Positions 16,232 through 20,000 of a stretch of DNA of 20,000 bases are shown piece after piece. Both the position numbers and the translations under genes were made by a program. Where the stretch lies: IMG/VR virus record IMGVR_UViG_3300028394_000067; one strand, given 5' to 3'. The notes beneath the pieces are model-generated. The model saw only the letters and a program-made list of their open reading frames with translations. It was not told where the DNA came from and ran no database searches. Within the stretch, counting starts at the first letter, position 1. Each line of letters starts with the position of its first letter. The stretch comes from an uncultured virus (IMG/VR IMGVR_UViG_3300028394_000067). Lineage: Duplodnaviria; Heunggongvirae; Uroviricota; Caudoviricetes.

Positions 16232-16819
16232 GTGTTTGTTCTAAACGGAAAACCACTTGCTTTGGATGTTCCATTTGAAGCTAACGACACTCTTTACCCT
16301 GCAAATTGGTTGCGCTTAGCTTCGCCAACAGAACGAGAAGCTATTGGTATTACTGAGGTTCCAGATCCTCCATTTTATGATCAGAGATTTTATTGGGGAT
16401 ATACGGCGAGCGGTACTCTAATTCCTAAAGATCATGGAGTTTTAGTTTCTGGGTGGTCTGATCAGACAAGTCAGACAGCATATACTCTTTTGTTGCCAAC
16501 GGATTGGCAGATAGTACGTCAGATGGACGACGGCACTCGTGCAGACCCTATGATTGTCGCTTGGCGTCAAAACATACGTCAAGCTACTTCAGAAAAGATA
16601 AGTTGTCTTCAAAGCACGGCTACCACAGAAGAGTTAGCAAATTATGTGACTGGTTCTGGATACCCCGTGTGGCCACAACTAAACCCTCCAACTCCACCAA
16701 CTCCTGATCCCTCTGGCGTTGTGTTTAGTAATTATGGTACTTCTTCTTCTCTGCTGACAGATAATTCACTCGTTACTTCGGCTCCTTTGTTTACATCTAG
16801 TTCAACATTAACTTTTTAA
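16232..16819 (+). CDS. Tail fibre assembly chaperone-like protein
   Basis: YPANWLRL...AIGI....DQRFYWG N-terminus and LLLPTDW......WRQNIR...WP motif typical of phage tail assembly chaperones; Pro/Ser/Thr-rich tail. Confidence 0.7.
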   Translation: MFVLNGKPLALDVPFEANDTLYPANWLRLASPTEREAIGITEVPDPPFYDQRFYWGYTASGTLIPKDHGVLVSGWSDQTSQTAYTLLLPTDWQIVRQMDDGTRADPMIVAWRQNIRQATSEKISCLQSTATTEELANYVTGSGYPVWPQLNPPTPPTPDPSGVVFSNYGTSSSLLTDNSLVTSAPLFTSSSTLTF

Positions 16820-16848
16820 CTAACTTGTTTACCTAGAGGATTTTTGCC

Positions 16849-17352
16849 ATGACTACTCGCACCATATTTAACAGGAAATACGAGTCTTATACTCCGGCAG
16901 GCACCGAAGTTTATTTAGTAAATGGTGCTGGTGTCACTACAACTGCTATAACAACACAGTTATTGACAGCAGGACAAACCCTAGTACAGGGAGATGTTGT
17001 TTACGTTAGTGGTGTATATGCTTTATTAGCTAGTGCAGCGAGCGGTGTGGACGCCACAAGGTATAATCCGATAGGCATCACTGCTACATCTGCTGTAGCA
17101 GCAAGCGGCGTAGAGGTTATCTTGGATGATGTTGCGACAATGTCTGCTGTAAATTTAATAGGGGAGACTCAAATGATCCCCGGCCAGTACTATTACTTAT
17201 CTAAATACGCTGGTAAAATAACTCGTTTTTCGACCGCTTCTGGTTTGGTGACAAGCGCCAGTGGGTATGCAGCGTTGGTAAACTTAGGGCAAGCTTTAAG
17301 TCCTTCTGAGTTAGAAGTAGAAATAGAATCACCAGTGATCCTTAACAACTAG
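16849..17352 (+). CDS. Putative virion decoration/fibre-base protein
   Basis: TAGQTLVQGDVVYV..PIGI...PGQYYYLS..G....LGQALS..LEVEIESPV; AGAGGA RBS; paralogue of 14871-15254. Confidence 0.7.
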   Translation: MTTRTIFNRKYESYTPAGTEVYLVNGAGVTTTAITTQLLTAGQTLVQGDVVYVSGVYALLASAASGVDATRYNPIGITATSAVAASGVEVILDDVATMSAVNLIGETQMIPGQYYYLSKYAGKITRFSTASGLVTSASGYAALVNLGQALSPSELEVEIESPVILNN

Positions 17353-17381
17353 GGTTATACTTAAATAACGGAGGTTTTCTG

Positions 17382-18110
17382 ATGGCTACGCGCAGACCGA
17401 TTGTTTTAGTTAGTGGAGTTTCCTCAGAGTTACCTCCTGGTGATTTAGTTCCGGGTGTTGATTCTACGGCTCAAGCTTCGGGTAACGCTGCCTTAGTTTT
17501 AGCAGCGATTGCACTTGCATCAGGTAATGCTGCACTAACTAACTCTGCTACTGCACTTGCATCAGGTAATGCTGGTCTTGTAGTTGCATCACAAGCATTA
17601 ACTTCAGGTAATCTAGGTATTACAAATGCAGCGACTGCACTTGCATCAGGTAATGCTGCACTAACTAACTCTGCTACTGCACTTGCATCAGGTAATGCTG
17701 CCTTAACTGGACTCTCAAGTAAATATGACAAAGTCGGTGGTGCAATTTCAGGCCCCGTGGTTGTTCAATCTCAATCTATTGGTCCTTCTACTTATGTAAT
17801 TAGTTCTGGCGTTTGTAGATTAAATTTTGGTGCCGGTAATAATTTTGAAGTTGTTCTAAACGCTGCAACTTCTACTTTTGCTACTCCTGTAAATGCTAGT
17901 GGGGGTCAAACAGGAGCGATCACACTACGTCAAGACAACACAGGCACACGTTTAGTTGCTTACAGCGGTGCTTGGAGCTTTGCTAGTAACACAGCGCCAA
18001 CTCTGACTACAACGGCTAGCGGCGTGGATTTACTTGCGTATTATGTAGTTAATCCTGCACGAATTCTTGCTGTTGCTACGCTAGCTTACGGGTCCGGTAC
18101 CGTTTCTTAG
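17382..18110 (+). CDS. Fibre protein with 14-aa ALASGNA repeats and C-terminal adaptor domain
   Basis: GGAGG RBS; six xxSGN units at 14-aa spacing; C-terminal NNF.V.L...P.N...GQ.G.I..QD.TG.R......W.F....PTLTT....D domain, which often precedes lectin-type receptor-binding genes. Confidence 0.78.
   Translation: MATRRPIVLVSGVSSELPPGDLVPGVDSTAQASGNAALVLAAIALASGNAALTNSATALASGNAGLVVASQALTSGNLGITNAATALASGNAALTNSATALASGNAALTGLSSKYDKVGGAISGPVVVQSQSIGPSTYVISSGVCRLNFGAGNNFEVVLNAATSTFATPVNASGGQTGAITLRQDNTGTRLVAYSGAWSFASNTAPTLTTTASGVDLLAYYVVNPARILAVATLAYGSGTVS
17510..17700 (+). repeat. 65-bp exact direct repeat (17510-17574 and 17636-17700) within a 42-bp-period array
   Basis: TGCACTTGCATCAGGTAATGCTGCACTAACTAACTCTGCTACTGCACTTGCATCAGGTAATGCTG occurs twice, offset 126 nt. 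Confidence 0.9.
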
Positions 18111-18122
18111 GATTTATCAGTA

Positions 18123-18242
18123 ATGAGCGGTCTTTTAAGCAATTCTTTATTTCTCTCTACGGCAGCCGCCGCTGGTGGCTTACAAATATCCAGATCATTG
18201 AGATTCAATAGTAGTGACAGTGGTTACGAGGGTACATTATGA
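18123..18242 (+). CDS. 39-aa truncated duplicate of the receptor-binding protein N-terminus (candidate constant leader of a switching locus)
   Basis: MSGLLSNSLFLSTAAAAGGLQISRSLRFNSSDSGYEGTL*; 20/22 aa identical to the next gene's N-terminus; its TGA overlaps the next ATG (ATGA). Confidence 0.7.
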   Translation: MSGLLSNSLFLSTAAAAGGLQISRSLRFNSSDSGYEGTL

Positions 18243-20000
18243 GCATCCCAGGAAGCGCCAGTCCACTATTGCTGGCATCAACTGCCGCCGCTGCTGGTGG
18301 TTTGCAAATAAGTAGATCAATACGTTTTAATTCAGCAGACTCGGCTACTTTGAGTAGAACCCCGGCAGTAGCGGGAAATAGGCAGACGTGGACGTGGAGC
18401 GGGTGGGTGAAGCGGGTTTTCTTTGGGCAGAGTTTTGAATACTTATTTGACGCAGGAACAGCAGATAACTTTGGCTTTACCAACAATTCTGCTTATGTAT
18501 ATTTTGGATCTGGTGGCCTTGGATTTAAAACGGCATCCGCTGTTTTTCGTGATCCAAGCGCTTGGATGCATTACCTTATTCATCTTGATTCCACTAATGC
18601 TACTGCTGAGGACAGATGCCAGATTTGGATAAACGGAGTCCGACTTACGTCTTGGTCATCTAACCCAACCATACCTCTAAACTTTCAATCAAACATAAAT
18701 AGCACAGTAGCGCATACCTTCGCTAATGCGCCAGGATATAGCTTTATGAATACCTACCTCACCAACATCCACTTCATTGACGGCCAAGCACTTACCCCCA
18801 GCAGTTTCACCGAAACCGATGCCACTACTGGGCAACTGATACCAAAAACATACACCGGAAGTTACGGGACGAATGGCTTCAACCTTTTGTTCGCTGATAA
18901 CTCCAGCAATACTGCCAGCACATTAGGGAAGGACACTAGTGGCAACAGTAATAACTGGACGCCGAATAATTTATCCGTTACTGCTGGTGTAGGCAACGAT
19001 TCCCTCGTAGACTCCCCCACTAATGGGTCGCAGTCGGACACTGGCGTGGGCGGCGAGGTGAGGGGCAATTACGCGACGTTGAATCCGTTGGCAAATGGGG
19101 CCGGGACGCTTACGAATGGCAATTTAGATTATCTTGCCGCCACCTCGAATGCTTGGGGGACACGATATTCAACAATAGGCGTAAGTTCTGGCAAGTGGTA
19201 TGCAGAGTTTACTGGCATTGCTCAGACAAGTGGGATGGGCATGATGGCCGGGGTTTCCCGATCAATACAGTCAGGGCACGTCGGCTCTACCTCAGACGGA
19301 TACGGCTACAGATACGCGGGCGATAAGTATAACAGCAACTCAGGATCCGCTTATGGCGCTAGTTACACAGACAACGATGTTATCGGGGTTGCACTAGACC
19401 TAGACAACGGCACTCTTGTTTTCTACAAAAACGGTGCATCACAAGGCACCGCGTATTCGTCATTACCTTCCGGAACGTACTTCTTTGGCTTGTCTGGATA
19501 TCACACATCAACTCAAGCTGTCGCCAACTTCGGCCAACGCGCATTTGCCTACACCGCACCATCAGGCTTCAAGGCACTTTGCACACAGAACCTGCCAGCC
19601 CCATTAGTCACGAAGTCTAATACGGTGTTTGATGTTGCGTTGTGGACGGGAGACGGAGGAAGCACAAAGACTATTACAGGTCTTGGTTTTAATCCTGATT
19701 TTATCTGGACAAAGCAAAGAAACCAAACGTATTATCACCAAATTTATGACGTTGTACGTGGATTGGGTGTTGCAAAAGCAATAGCTAGTAATGCAGATAC
19801 TGTTGAGGGTTACGGGGATTCAGCGCAATATGGATATATTAGCTCTACAACTGCTGACGGATTTATAGGTACTGCTGGTACTGGTACGCCATTGTATGTT
19901 AATCAAACAAGCACTACCTACGTCGGCTGGTGCTGGGACGCAGGCACCTCAACCGTATCCAACACAGCAGGCAGCATCACTTCTCAGGTGCGGGCGAATG
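18239..20000 (+). CDS. LamG/concanavalin-A-like + SPRY domain receptor-binding/tail protein (partial, runs off window; not in ORF track)
   Basis: Uninterrupted frame of at least 587 aa: SRSIRFNSADS..WTWSGWVKR..FRDPSAWMH..IWINGV (LamG-like); SSGKWYAE..DVIGVALDLDNGTLVFYKNG..NFGQ (SPRY); WTGDG..GLGFNPDFIWTK.R repeat domain. Confidence 0.88.
   Translation, partial: MSIPGSASPLLLASTAAAAGGLQISRSIRFNSADSATLSRTPAVAGNRQTWTWSGWVKRVFFGQSFEYLFDAGTADNFGFTNNSAYVYFGSGGLGFKTASAVFRDPSAWMHYLIHLDSTNATAEDRCQIWINGVRLTSWSSNPTIPLNFQSNINSTVAHTFANAPGYSFMNTYLTNIHFIDGQALTPSSFTETDATTGQLIPKTYTGSYGTNGFNLLFADNSSNTASTLGKDTSGNSNNWTPNNLSVTAGVGNDSLVDSPTNGSQSDTGVGGEVRGNYATLNPLANGAGTLTNGNLDYLAATSNAWGTRYSTIGVSSGKWYAEFTGIAQTSGMGMMAGVSRSIQSGHVGSTSDGYGYRYAGDKYNSNSGSAYGASYTDNDVIGVALDLDNGTLVFYKNGASQGTAYSSLPSGTYFFGLSGYHTSTQAVANFGQRAFAYTAPSGFKALCTQNLPAPLVTKSNTVFDVALWTGDGGSTKTITGLGFNPDFIWTKQRNQTYYHQIYDVVRGLGVAKAIASNADTVEGYGDSAQYGYISSTTADGFIGTAGTGTPLYVNQTSTTYVGWCWDAGTSTVSNTAGSITSQVRAN

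Noticed and set aside
16932..16940. TGTCACTAC, an inverted 9-bp match to the proposed crossover (GTAGTGACA, 18211-18219)
   Set aside because: A 9-bp match is plausible by chance in 20 kb, it lies inside an intact gene, and inversion here would yield no sensible fusion.
17510..17700. Repeats with intervening sequence, superficially CRISPR-like
   Set aside because: In-frame 42-bp coding repeats with duplicated 'spacers' and no cas genes.
18123..18346. Duplicated RBP start as an assembly artefact or DGR template/variable repeat pair
   Set aside because: Differences are mostly synonymous and not adenine-specific, and no reverse transcriptase is present in the window.
1837..19607. Shadow ORFs in the track (1837-2052, 2433-2666, 4829-5050, 7659-7898, 8797-9075, 9518-9715, 9980-10177, 12400-12657, 12904-13188, 13017-13238, 13447-13713, 14015-14251, 14131-14334, 14409-14639, 16504-16707, 17471-17731, 18205-18486, 18423-18632, 18862-19068, 19380-19562, 19416-19607)
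   Set aside because: They overlap better-supported genes in another frame or strand and show no recognisable motifs.

Overview
Segment of a tailed dsDNA phage or prophage genome, most likely a freshwater cyanophage (it carries an NblA-like phycobilisome-degradation gene and a cyanobacterial-type tyrosine recombinase). The + strand mostly encodes virion proteins: putative internal/ejection proteins, a SWIM-finger protein ending in DGGxY repeats, several Ser-Gly-rich fibre/adaptor proteins, a lambda-R-type muramidase, a tail-assembly-chaperone-like protein and a large LamG+SPRY receptor-binding protein (18239 to beyond the window, missing from the ORF track). Three minus-strand units interrupt this: HTH+Dps; an operon with a degenerate HNH-like protein, wHTH proteins, a structured intergenic RNA candidate and a degenerate adenine methyltransferase; and a lone tyrosine recombinase inside the fibre cluster. 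The most striking element is a 39-codon ORF (18123-18242) that duplicates the receptor-binding protein N-terminus (20/22 aa identical but heavily recoded) and stops just after RFNSSDS, about 2 kb from the recombinase. This suggests recombinase-driven switching of receptor-binding cassettes. All family assignments are by eye; no searches were run.
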